This document shows, one piece after another, positions 53,327-64,000 of a stretch of DNA of 64,000 bases (the stretch's first letter is position 1; every line of letters starts with the position of its first letter). The notes beneath the pieces are model-generated. The model worked only from the letters and a program-made list of their open reading frames with translations, was not told the DNA's origin and did not search any database. This DNA comes from Octopus sinensis (lineage: Eukaryota), in the NCBI RefSeq assembly GCF_006345805.1, contig NC_043004.1, positions 86,800,001 through 86,864,000 of the forward strand, read 5' to 3'. A program made the translations under genes and the position numbers.

Positions 53327-53547
53327 TATATATATATAATGTGAAATAGAAAGATGAATAATCTTGTTGTAGATTAATCAAAAGTTAACCGATACCTTAG
53401 TAGCAAAAATCACAGCAGTAAACAGCACGGTTGGAGGTACAACCATCTGGCGTTGCAACCGTGCGTTGGTGCGGATAATTGAAATTAAAACATTATTGGT
53501 GAATTGAAGAAATGGAGCTGAACGCAGATTGAACAGAAATCGTTTTA

Positions 53548-53636
53548 TTTCATTCTACACGTGTTTCGAAAGGCACAAATTACCAAAATCCGATTGAATA
53601 ATGGGACCATATTGTGTCTTTCTCTTCAGGAAGAAA
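53548..53636 (-). ncRNA. Type I hammerhead ribozyme motif (left arm)
   Basis: Reverse complement of 54214-54302. Confidence 0.75.
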
Positions 53637-54213
53637 AAAGGAAATCCGTTAGAGAAACAAAAATTCTGAAATAGCCTTTAAGATATCTACGATTATCCAC
53701 TGCAAGGGGAATTACTCCTGTAAGACAAACGGGGCTTGGTTTTTTCACAGCGGGGGGTTTCCTTGACAAGGCAGGCTTAGATGAACACACACACACATAA
53801 AACATAATATATATATATTTTTTTCTTTCTGCCACCCAACGGTTATCACGGCAGTAGCCACTGACAGCCGAACGATCAAACGCACACACGTACACAAAAA
53901 GTGTTTTCTACCCCTACGCCAACACACACATATATAGAACAGTATACACACACACGTCTCTAAGTAGATTTTTTCTCGCCCCTTATAAAACATCCAATAT
54001 TCCTTAAATAGTCAGAACTTTATTCTCGGTCACTAAGAACATCTATACACCCTCACCCACATGATTGACCGATGCCTGACCTGTAGAATTCTTCAGCCAC
54101 CGGTTCTCAGCATACACTGATAAACAGTTTCGCCATGGGCTCTTAGGAGCATAGTTCGATTTGGTTTTTGCTCCGCCTCTGTTCTGTTTTTGTTTCTCTA
54201 ACGGATTTCCTTT

Positions 54214-54302
54214 TTTCTTCCTGAAGAGAAAGACACAATATGGTCCCATTATTCAATCGGATTTTGGTAATTTGTGCCTTTCGAAACACGTGTAGAATGA
54301 AA
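54214..54302 (+). ncRNA. Type I hammerhead ribozyme motif (right arm), intact core
   Basis: Stem I TTTCTTC/GAA(T)GAAA, CTGAAGA 54221-54227, stem II GAAAG-ACACAA/TTGTGC-CTTTC, GAAA 54283-54286, palindromic ACACGTGT, GTA triplet 54292-54294. Confidence 0.78.
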
Positions 54303-54354
54303 TAAAACGATTTCTGTTCAATCTGCGTTCAGCTCCATTCTTCAATTCACCAAT

Positions 54355-54391
<37 letters not shown>

Positions 54392-54394
<3 letters not shown>

Positions 54395-54721
54395 ATCAAT
54401 ATAAGGGTAACAAAAAAATTCAAGAAAAATTCAAGAAAAATTTTCTGCAACCAGCGGTCAAGTGAGAAAATAGAAATAGTCACAGACTATATAATATATT
54501 CAACAATAGTATTAAGGAATGACCCTGACGGGTCGTTCAACTCACTTGAAAAGAGCAGCTAAACTCAAACCGCAAAAATAGTAGTAATTCTGAAACTAAA
54601 GGAGAATGTTTTTATTTCTCCTTTAGTTTCAGAATTACTACTATTTTTGCGGTTTGGGTTTAGCTGCTCTTTTCAAGTGAGTCGAACGACCCGTCAGGGT
54701 CATTCCTTAATACTATTGTTG
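54392..54721 (+). mobile_element. (TA)n-embedded leader plus long fold-back element, copy 2
   Basis: Inverted repeat 54501-54721 (arms about 106 bp, two mismatches seen); leader homologous to 4727-4824. Confidence 0.8.
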
Positions 54722-54909
54722 TATATATATATATATATATAAAATACAAAGTGGGACAAGAACGCAAAACATCTGGACAGCTAGGTGATACAAAAAGGAA
54801 CAACAAAACATCCAGATAGACAATACAAAGAAAACAAGGACAGGTCATTTGAAGTTTTCTTTCCTCAGTCAAGCACCAGATTATCCTCGCATTTTCAGCT
54901 GATTATCCT

Positions 54910-55349
54910 TTTATTCTTTTATTTGTTTCAGTCATTTGATTGTGACCATGCTGGAGCACAGCCTTTAGTCAAGCAAATTGACCCCAGGACTTATTCTTTG
55001 TAAGCCTAGTACTTATTCTATCGGTATCTCTTGCTGAACTGCTAAGTGAGGGGGATGTAAACACACCACTATTGGTTGTCAAGCGATGTTGAGGGGACAA
55101 ACACAGACACACAAACATATACATACATATATATATATATATATAATATATATATATATATATAATATATATATATATATATACACACATATATATGACG
55201 GGCTTCTTTCAGTTTCCATCTATCAAATCCAGTCACAAGGCTTTGGTCGGTCCGAGGCTATAATAGAAGACACTTGCCCAAAGTGTCACACAGTGGGTCT
55301 GAACCCGGAACCATGTGGTTTGTAAGCAAGCTATGTACCACACAGCCAC
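54910..55349 (-). mobile_element. SINE family A
   Basis: Reverse-complement match with an expanded internal (TA)n. Confidence 0.88.
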
Positions 55350-56145
55350 TATATATATTATATGTATATGACAGTCTTCTTTCAGTTTCCATCTACCAAA
55401 CCCATTTACAAATCTTTGATCAACCTGGGACTATTGTAGAAGAAACTTGTCTAAAGTTCCATGCAATAGGAATTGAACCCTGCCGAAAGCCTGAACTACA
55501 TGAAGAACAAAAAGATGATGGAAGGAGACAATATTCTTCTGATATCGTAAACCTTGCCTTCCATTACTAAAGTTCCATGTCTTATCAGGCATCAAAGTGT
55601 GATAAGAAGTTTCTTATCACACTCTGATGCCTGTGCTAGTACAAGATAAACGATAAACAGATTAGATTTATTAAGATGTATTTTCAAATATAAGTTTTAC
55701 TTAGTAAGTTGGGCATTTTTCTGTTGCCCTATAGCAGTGCTTCTGAAAACTTTTTAAACTCTCATTCCTTTGTGTTTTAATGATAATTTTTCAATTCCCT
55801 CTTGTTACAATTCAGCATTCTCCACTTTCATTTCTTATGAACAGGCATTAATTTCAGGCCACAGTAATCTGTAGATGACATCATATCACAGCACAACCCT
55901 TTTACATATTTGGTTTTGTTCATCAACTGATTCATAGTTTGATGCTTATTATTTTATTGCTTCATGGCTGAGGTTGCAAGTGTGACTGAACGGTTAAGAA
56001 GCTTACTTCCCCAATCAAGTGGTTTCATGTTCAGTCCCACTGTGTGACACTTTAGGCCAGTGTCCTTCTACTGTGGCCATGGGCCATCAAAGTGCCTTGT
56101 GGTGGATTTGGTTGACAGAAATTGAAAGAAGCTAATGATTCTGCC

Positions 56146-56368
56146 AGGTGGTGATCTGGCAGAATCGTTAGCACGCCGGGCGAAATGCTTAATGGTATTT
56201 CGCCTGTCTTTACATTCTGAGTTCAAATTCTGCTGAGGTCGACTTTGCCTTTCATCCTTTCGGGGTAGATAAATTAAATACCAGTTACGCACTGGGGTCG
56301 ATGTAATCCCTTTGTCCTTGATTGTCCTCTCTATGTTTAGCCCTTTGTGGGCAATAAAGAAATAAGAA
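56146..56368 (+). mobile_element. SINE family B nested in a SINE family A copy
   Basis: AGAAATTGAAAGAA is repeated on both sides (about 56117 and 56365). Confidence 0.8.
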
Positions 56369-56383
56369 ATTGAAAGAATCTTG

Positions 56384-56429
<46 letters not shown>

Positions 56430-56944
56430 CTTTGTCTTTACATTACATGCTGGTTGTAAACAAGCATTACCATCATACAAATAATGTTGTTTGTTTCCAG
56501 GTTTCCATGAAAACACGTTATGCAAATGGTGCCATTTGTTTCTAATTGACATAATTGATATAAGAGGCATTTTTTGAGCAGGGTGAGAGGCATTCATTGG
56601 AAATAAAATGGTAAAGGATGACATTGGTAGTGCTGGATGGCTGGCAAGAGAAGTGGTACCAAGAAGATGGATAACTAGTAGCACAAAAATGGTGGGATGG
56701 AATATGTGAAGTTCTACTCTTATGTGATTACGGTAGCTGAGGAAATAGTGCTGTAGTTAAAAAGTTGGAGGAGTGATGGGTCTTATAAAGATGAGTTGTA
56801 GGCTTGACAGGTACAGATTAGGTGCAAAGGAATAGACATTAATGATATGCTTTTAGGACCTAATTTTTGCTGAGGACAGGCCTTAGCCCTTTGTCATCTC
56901 CTTCGTGAGGTTCAACAACCTATAGTTGGTCTTCCCTACTTTGT

Positions 56945-57418
56945 TCTGTAGCGGCACAAGCAACCAGTGCCATATTGGCTGAGATCTCGCAGCAGCCATT
57001 GCCATCTCCAAGACTGGAGCGGGACCTCACCTGCATCCATTTGCCATGTGTGAGATCACAGCGAGGCTTACGATGGGAAAACCTATATAAAGGGAAAAAC
57101 CCGATTCAAATCTCCCTTTTTTTGGTGCCACTTTGTGAACACCACCACTGGCTGGACCTGTCTATCTCCAGAGGCAATGCACCCACACTAATGGAGCTAC
57201 TACACAACACACACAGATAAAGGTTTTAGCTGAGAGCAGCACACCACACCTATCCTGTGAATCCTGTAAATAAACCATTTGTAAAATAGCATTTGTACTT
57301 GAAGTTTTCTCTTTTCGCCTGCCGAAAGCCTGAACTACATGAAGAACAAAAAGATGATGGAAGGAGACAATATTCTTCTGATATCGTAAACCTTGCCTTC
57401 CATTATTAAAGTTCCATG
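56945..57418 (+). mobile_element. Solo-LTR-like repeat, copy 2
   Basis: TATATAAA near 57084 and AATAAA near 57268 in LTR order; inserted beside an RTE remnant. Termini are uncertain. Confidence 0.55.
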
Positions 57419-57419
57419 T

Positions 57420-58500
57420 TTTATCATGTTTCTCTCTTCTATGAGTTCTGTCCACATTTAGCAATTGGCACTTCTTTGTGCAATTGTCCTCATGCATATG
57501 CATCACACGACCTTACTAGCAGTCTTCTCTATTGCGCACTACATTTGATACCTCTTATGCCCAATTTTTCTCTCAGCATATTTACATTTTGTCATACATG
57601 CACACTGACATTGCACATCTAGAGGAGCATGCTAGTTTCATTTCTTCCTAGTCTTCACATGGCCCACATTTCACTACCATATAGTTTTACTGCTCATACA
57701 CAAGCATCATACAATCTACTTTTTCATGCTGAGAAAGAGGCCTTTTGTTACCAACAGAGGTAATAGCTATCGGCACTTTCTCTAACCAGTCTTTATTCTT
57801 TCAGAACATCCCCCTCCACTGCTAATTAGGTCACCTAAATAACAGAAACTGTCAACTACCTCTAAGGGTCCTCCTGGGCATTTGAGAAAATCTATTTCCC
57901 ATATGTTTTTAGTGTTTATTGTTCTTGTGCATTTGCCACAAACGAAGTCTACTTTCTCTGTTAATCTTCCAGTGATACCATTGCACCATTTGTGTGTCTA
58001 TAGTTTACATCCAGTACACTATGGATTTTCTACCTACACCTTTTCTACATATCAAACAAGGTCATTTTCCTGAAGAGATTAGTGTATTGTCTGTTTTCTT
58101 GCTCACTAGAACTTTAGTCTTTTCTCGGCTAAGGTTCTTTGATTCCACATTTGGAATTTCTTTCCTAATTCCTACTACAGATTCAGCTATAAGAACAAAG
58201 TCATCAGCACAGAGGCGTTCTCACAAGACAACTGGTCTTAAACTTCTCTATCATGGCCTGGAGGACATTGACAATCAGGAAGGGACTGCGAGCTAGTGAA
58301 CTCCTACTTGCACACTTAATTCATCACTGTACTTGTTAACTCTCACCTTACACTCATCACCCATATACAAGGCTTGGACAATTCTCAGCTGCCATTCATC
58401 TACACCTAATTTCTGCAGTGACCACCAGATCATGGAGCAAGGGACTTTTTGCTAAATACTTCTGCATTTGCCTTATTTGGAAGAGAGCACAAACCCAGGT
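57420..58500 (-). mobile_element. Decayed RTE LINE RT fragment
   Basis: Minus translations LCADDFVLIAES and LREKLGIRGIKC...GRVMHMHEDNCTKKC. Confidence 0.75.
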
Positions 58501-58863
58501 AAAATAGGAATCAAAGGTGTCCATAGGTAAAAAGTGGTTGAGAACCACTGGTCTAGAGTGATGTTTGGTATCTGATTGTTTTGATAAGTCTTTAGGCAAA
58601 TGTCATCAGTCTGTTTGAAGCTCAAAAGTCTGAATACCAGAACAAGGATTTCTGAGACCATTTCTATCCTTCACCATTGCAAACAAAAATATAAATCATA
58701 GTGTCATCACACAACTTCTTTATTGCTTTCAAAGCACAAAGATAAATTTCTCAGGTCTCATGGACATAGTTGTTTCTCCCTGGATGAACATGAAAAAAAT
58801 AAAAGATATTTTTTTTTAAAGTCTGGTATATTGTAGTTATATTAGGATCTAGTTTCATAAGTG

Positions 58864-59197
58864 AAGGCACATGGCTCAGTGGTTAGAGTGTCGAGCTTAC
58901 GATCGTGAGGCTGTGAGTTTGAATCCTGGACCACGCTGCGTGTTGTGTTCTTGAGCAAGACACTTTATTTCACGTTGCTCCAGTTCACTCAGCTGTAGAA
59001 ATGAGTTTCGACGTCACAGATGCCAAGCTGTATCTGCTGTTGCCTTTCCCTTGGATAACACTGGTGGCATGGAGAGGGGAGGCCAGTGTGCATGGGTGAC
59101 TGCTGGTCTTCCATAAACAACCTTGCCTGGACTTGTGCCTGGGAGGGTAACTTTCTAGGTGCAATCCCATGGTCAGTCATGACCGAAGGGGGTCTCA
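58864..59197 (+). mobile_element. tRNA-derived SINE family C
   Basis: A-box TGGCTCAGTGG, B-box-like GTTTGAATCC, CTTGAGCAAGACACTTTATTTCAC core. The tail is also seen at about 485-520. Confidence 0.85.
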
Positions 59198-60084
59198 GTT
59201 CCATAAAGACAGTCTATAGCTTCATAAAGAATAAAATTTTGCCAAATGTTTTTGACATATCTCAAATTGTTTCTTCATAAAAATTTGAAAAAAATCGTAA
59301 AAGGTCAAATGGTAAAAATATTTTGTAAAAATATGTCTGTATTTCATATGAAGAAAATACACCAGAGAGTACATGAATTAACTAATTTGTCACATGAATA
59401 TATGATATAGTGTTTTTTACATTTTTATATTTATGAATACATATGTAATAACATACTGTGTCCAAAATATGTCAGTATAAGTACACATAACCTATTTCTA
59501 TGCAGATATGATACATGAGTCTGTGGGATTTAGTGATGTTGTAATCAACGAATAATGTGAACCCTTGAACTGGGCTACAAAAATATTATGGCTATACCTT
59601 TTTTATTATTTATCTTTTTTTTTTGTTTCAAGCATTGGACTGTGGCCATGCCGGGGCCTTGCCTTGCAGGGTTTTAGTTAAACAAATCAACCTGACCCCA
59701 GTACTTACTTTTAAAGTCTGATACTTGTTCTTTCAGTCTCTTTTGCCAAACTGCTAAGTTATGGGGATATAAACAAATGAAGATCAATTGTCAAGTGTGT
59801 GTGTGTTTGTGTGTGTGTCTTTGTGTGTGTGAAGGTGATAACACAGACACAGACACACACACACACACACACACAACAGGTTTCTACACAGTTTCTGTCT
59901 ACACGATTTGGCCCGGGGGTATAGTAGAAGACACTCGCCCATGGTGATGCACAGTGGGATTGAACTTGAAACCATGTGGTTGCAAAAGTGAGTTTCTTAA
60001 ACTATATAGCCACATAAACATAACAAGAGCTTAACTAATGATTCACCAACAAATATATATATAAGCTTTTGGCACATTGATACT

Positions 60085-60400
60085 ATGGGGAGCACTCCAT
60101 CTGTTATGACGACGAGGGTCCCAGCTGATACGATCTATGGAACAGCCTGCTCATAAAATTAACGTGCAAGTGACTGAGCAATCCACAGACATGCATATCC
60201 CTAACGTAGTTCTCAGGGAGATTCAGCGTGACACAGAGTGTGACAAGGCCGGCCCTTTGAAATACAGGTACAACTCATTTTTGCCAGCTGAGTGGACTGG
60301 AGCAACGTGAAATAAAGTGTCTTGCTCAAGGACACTACGCATTGTCGGGAATCAAACTCACAACCTTACAATCGTAGCCAAATGCCCCAACCACTAAGCT
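60085..60400 (-). mobile_element. tRNA-derived SINE sharing the family C head with a different body
   Basis: Same CTTGAGCAAGACACTTTATTTCACGTTGCTCCAGT.CACTCAGCTG block, then an unrelated 3' half. Confidence 0.8.
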
Positions 60401-60664
60401 GGATATAAACTATAGACACACAAAAGGTGCAGTGGTATCACTGGAAGATTAACAGAGAAAGTAGAGGTCGTTTGTGGTAAATGTACAAGAATAATAAACA
60501 CTAAAAACATATGGGAAATATAAATATAAAGAAATGAAACCTAAATATTTTCCATTTGTCAATGATGATTGTGAAGTTAAAATATTTGGCTTCTGAGTAT
60601 CAAATCATCAATTCAAACTTTGCTATAGTTTTTGTGACATTTTAAGCAATGCACAATGTTGTAT

Positions 60665-61051
60665 TTACTCTTACTCTTTTACTTGTTTCAGTCATTTGAC
60701 TGCGGCCATGCTGCAGCACTGCCTTTAGTTGAGCAAATCGACCCCAGGACTTATTCTTTGTAAGCCTAGTACTTATTCTATCAGTCTCTTTTCCTGAACC
60801 GATAAGTTACGGGGACATAAACACACCAGCATCGGTTGTCAAGCGATGTTGGAGGGGACAAATACAGACACACAAACACACACACACATATATACAACAG
60901 GCTTCTTTTCAGTTTCTGTCTACCAAATCCACTCACAAGGCTTTGGTCGGCCCGAGGCTATATTACACTTACCCAAGTACCACGCAGTGGGACTGAACCC
61001 GGAACCATGTGGTTTGTAAGCAAGCTACTTACCACAGCCACTCCTGCGCCT
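60665..61051 (-). mobile_element. SINE family A
   Basis: Full-length reverse-complement match. Confidence 0.9.
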
Positions 61052-62104
61052 ATTTGCTTAAGTTCCAATAGAATATTGTAACTTGATATAGATACATCAT
61101 TATCATCATTGTTTTAAAGTTCATTTTTGCATGCTTTGTATGGGTTACATTGAATTCATTGAGGCAGATTTTTTTTTACTGGTGGATGCCCTTCTTATTG
61201 CCAAACTCATCTGTTTCCAACCAAGATAATATTTCCCTATTTGGAAACAAAGGACACCACTTGTATGGCACACAGATATATCTCTTTTATCTTTTGTCTT
61301 TTACTTGTTACAGTCACTGGACTGCAGCCAAGCTGGGGCACCACCTTGAAGGGATTCATTCAAATGAATCACCCACTCACCACCTCGAAACCACTACATA
61401 TTTCTTGTTAAAGATTGGTATTTAACCTATCAGTCTCTTTTCTTGTACCACTAAGTTACACTGGTTGTTAAGAATTGTTAGGGGGACAAACACAAAGACA
61501 CACAAATACAACAAGCTCCTTTCAGTTTCTATCTACCAAATCCACACACAAGGCTTCGGTTGGCCCAGGGCCATAGTAGAAGACACTTGCCCAAGATACC
61601 ATGCAGTGAGACTGAACTTAAAACCATGTGGTTGAGAAACAAACTTCTTACCACACAGCCATGCCTGCACCAACATATATGTACGTGCACACACACACAC
61701 ATAACTGAAAGACACATGTTTCTGATCATTCAAGTGGTAATCTGGGTCTCCTTTCAAAAACAACAGATATTGCATGGGGAAAAGAGGCTCCGATTATCAG
61801 CTGAACAATTGGAAATGTGTACATACTGACTCCTGTAATTTATCACTAATTGGGGGATCAACAGATAAACACACATGCACACACAAACACATATTTGTGT
61901 ATATATATGTTTAAATAAATGTCTTTAGATGCAATAGACCCAAGTGTGAAATGTTGGCTTTACAGGCCAACAAATTCTTGCTTAACTTAGGTTTCCCCTG
62001 GCAGAACATGCTCACAATGAAAGACATTCCAGCTTTGAATATCCTGTCTTTTTTGTAAATCTATCACTATGATATGTTCTATTTTTATGACAATTTGGTA
62101 ATGT

Positions 62105-62472
62105 AGTTCTCTGACAGCTAACGACTGATGCAGGCAGTTTATTCGATTCTTCAGCAATTCTGAGTCTGAAAAAATGTTTCTGAAATTCATAGTGCTGTGT
62201 TGTTTCTTGATTTTGTAAGCCTGTCCATGAGTGTTAGACACATGGAATTCAAAAAGATGCTCAAGGCCGTTGTTAGAAAGATGCTGGATAATCTTGTGAG
62301 TTTCTACCAAGTCGGTTGCCAAGTCAGTCCGTGCCAAGAGAAGTTTTAATGCGTCCATGACAACAGAAGCAAGACGTTCAATGTATGTTACATGCCTGAC
62401 AGTGGGTGTTCGTCTGGTTGCACATTTTTGAATGGTTCTCAGGAGATTGATATGCTGAGCAAGATAATCCAT
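62105..62472 (-). mobile_element. CR1-type LINE RT C-terminal fragment
   Basis: YLAQHINLLRTIQKCATRR...YIERL...NTHGQAYKIKKQHS. Confidence 0.85.
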
Positions 62473-62598
62473 GATTAATTCAAAACAATGTGAATAAATA
62501 AATGTTACACTTGATTCAGTAATCTGAATGCTAAAAGGTTAAAGAATAATACAAGGGAGCTTCAACGTGGTCAGTCTATCTGTTAGAAATAGCAACTA

Positions 62599-63120
62599 CT
62601 GTAAATCCTCGAGTATAATCTGCATTTTTTTCCCAAAATTTAAAGGTCAAAATCCCTAGTGCGTACTATATATGAGGTTAAAAATGAAAAATATTTTCTA
62701 AGCAATTTTCGAGTTTCTATTTGCTGTCTGGCAATGTTTATTCAAATGCATTTTGTGATGTCGGGCGCGAAAATACCTTAAGCTAAACCTGAAAACAATG
62801 AAGTTATAAAAGAATCATTTATAACTTGCAGTAAGCAACATTTATTAAAATAAAAGTATTCAGAACACAGAATAACATGTAACAAAAACAATTTGCAAAC
62901 ATATTTACATTCCCATATAACAGTTAAAAACATCACTATTATTGTATTACACATGCGCGGAAGTGTTTGTTTGACTAGGTAGTGCTGGCTTAATTACGCA
63001 CAACTCAAGTTAGAGAAGGGGTGCGTATTATACACAAGGTTTAGGTTTTTCAGATTTACAGCCCCCTAAAAATCCCCTGCGTATTATACTCAAGGGCGGA
63101 CAATACTTGAGGATTTACGG
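62599..63120. mobile_element. pogo-like MITE copy 2, inserted in a family H repeat
   Basis: TIRs CTGTAAATCCTCGAGTAT / ATACTTGAGGATTTACGG with TA duplicated. Removing it restores AGCAAC-TA-AATCTCTC of the host. Confidence 0.88.
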
Positions 63121-63534
63121 TAAATCTCTCAAATTACATCTTGCATTCTTAAATATACACGGAAGATGATGTAATTCTATATACTGAAAAACAAAACAAA
63201 AACTGCATGATTGTGAATGGCATGCATTCTGGTCATAGGTTTATTTGACCTGAAATGAGCCGGGGTTAAACAACAATACAATGTAGAATAGTTAATCAAT
63301 ATGCTTCTACTCTAAGTTATGCCACTGAGTAGCAGCTGCACAATGGCATAGCTTAGAGCGTGGGCCATCCAAGCAGCTGTTGAGTTTGCCTCAGCTCAGC
63401 ACCACCCCATATGGCTTATATAGTTGACTCAAAAGTGCTGACCCCTTAAAAGTGTTGCCTGAGGTAGACTGCTCCCATTACTCCACCTTAGGTGTACTAC
63501 TGATACTAGATAGCATTTGATGAATTCTTTCACA

Positions 63535-63763
63535 TTCTTTTACTTGTTTCAGTCATGTAACTGTGGCCATGCTGGAGCACCGCCTTTAGTCAAGCAAATC
63601 GACCCCAGGACTTATTCTTTGTAAGCCTAGTACTTATTCTATCTGTCTCTTTTGCCGAACTGTTAAGTTACGGGGACGTAAACACACCAGCATCGGTTGT
63701 CAAGCGATGTTGGGGGGGGGGGGGTAAACACAGACACATAAACATATATACATGCATACATAC

Positions 63764-63852
<89 letters not shown>

Positions 63853-64000
63853 CATACATACATATATACGATGGGCTTCTTTCAGTTTCTGTCTACAAAA
63901 TCCACCCACAAGGCTTTGGCTGGCCTGAGGCTATAGCAGAAGACAATCCCCTTTCTCCAAGGTGCCACGCAGTGGGACTGAACCTGGAACCAAGTGGCTC
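63535..64000 (-). mobile_element. SINE family A, head cut by the window edge
   Basis: Reverse-complement match with an expanded internal (TA)n. Confidence 0.9.

Larger units (their letters stand above)
53486..54363. mobile_element. Penelope-like inverted repeat (177-bp arms) with a hammerhead in each arm
   Basis: 53486-53662 and 54188-54363 are near-identical reverse complements (one 1-nt indel seen). The unit lies between (TA)n tracts. Confidence 0.85.

Overview
AT-rich, microsatellite- and retroposon-dense animal genomic DNA. The SINE repertoire suggests a coleoid cephalopod, most likely Octopus; this is inferred from recalled repeat families and was not searched. One host gene is supported: a 5-exon, minus-strand IMPAD1/BPNT2 (Golgi PAP 3'-phosphatase, inositol monophosphatase 3). 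Its CDS joins 39296-38973, 29567-29402, 20504-20409, 20293-20117 and 19658-19396 (341 aa, or 349 aa from the upstream ATG), and it may have a 3' UTR of about 7 kb. The rest is tRNA-derived SINEs, a decayed CR1-type LINE, RTE remnants, Tc1/mariner/pogo/piggyBac/hAT relics, a non-autonomous Helitron and a solo-LTR-like repeat. Most short ORFs in the track are repeat artefacts. The most unusual signal is a set of about ten Penelope-type hammerhead ribozyme motifs, several beside (TA)n tracts and several in inverted pairs. Their stem III sequences differ but are nearly all self-complementary. A separate family of (TA)n-embedded long fold-back elements shares a two-hairpin motif with another repeat family.
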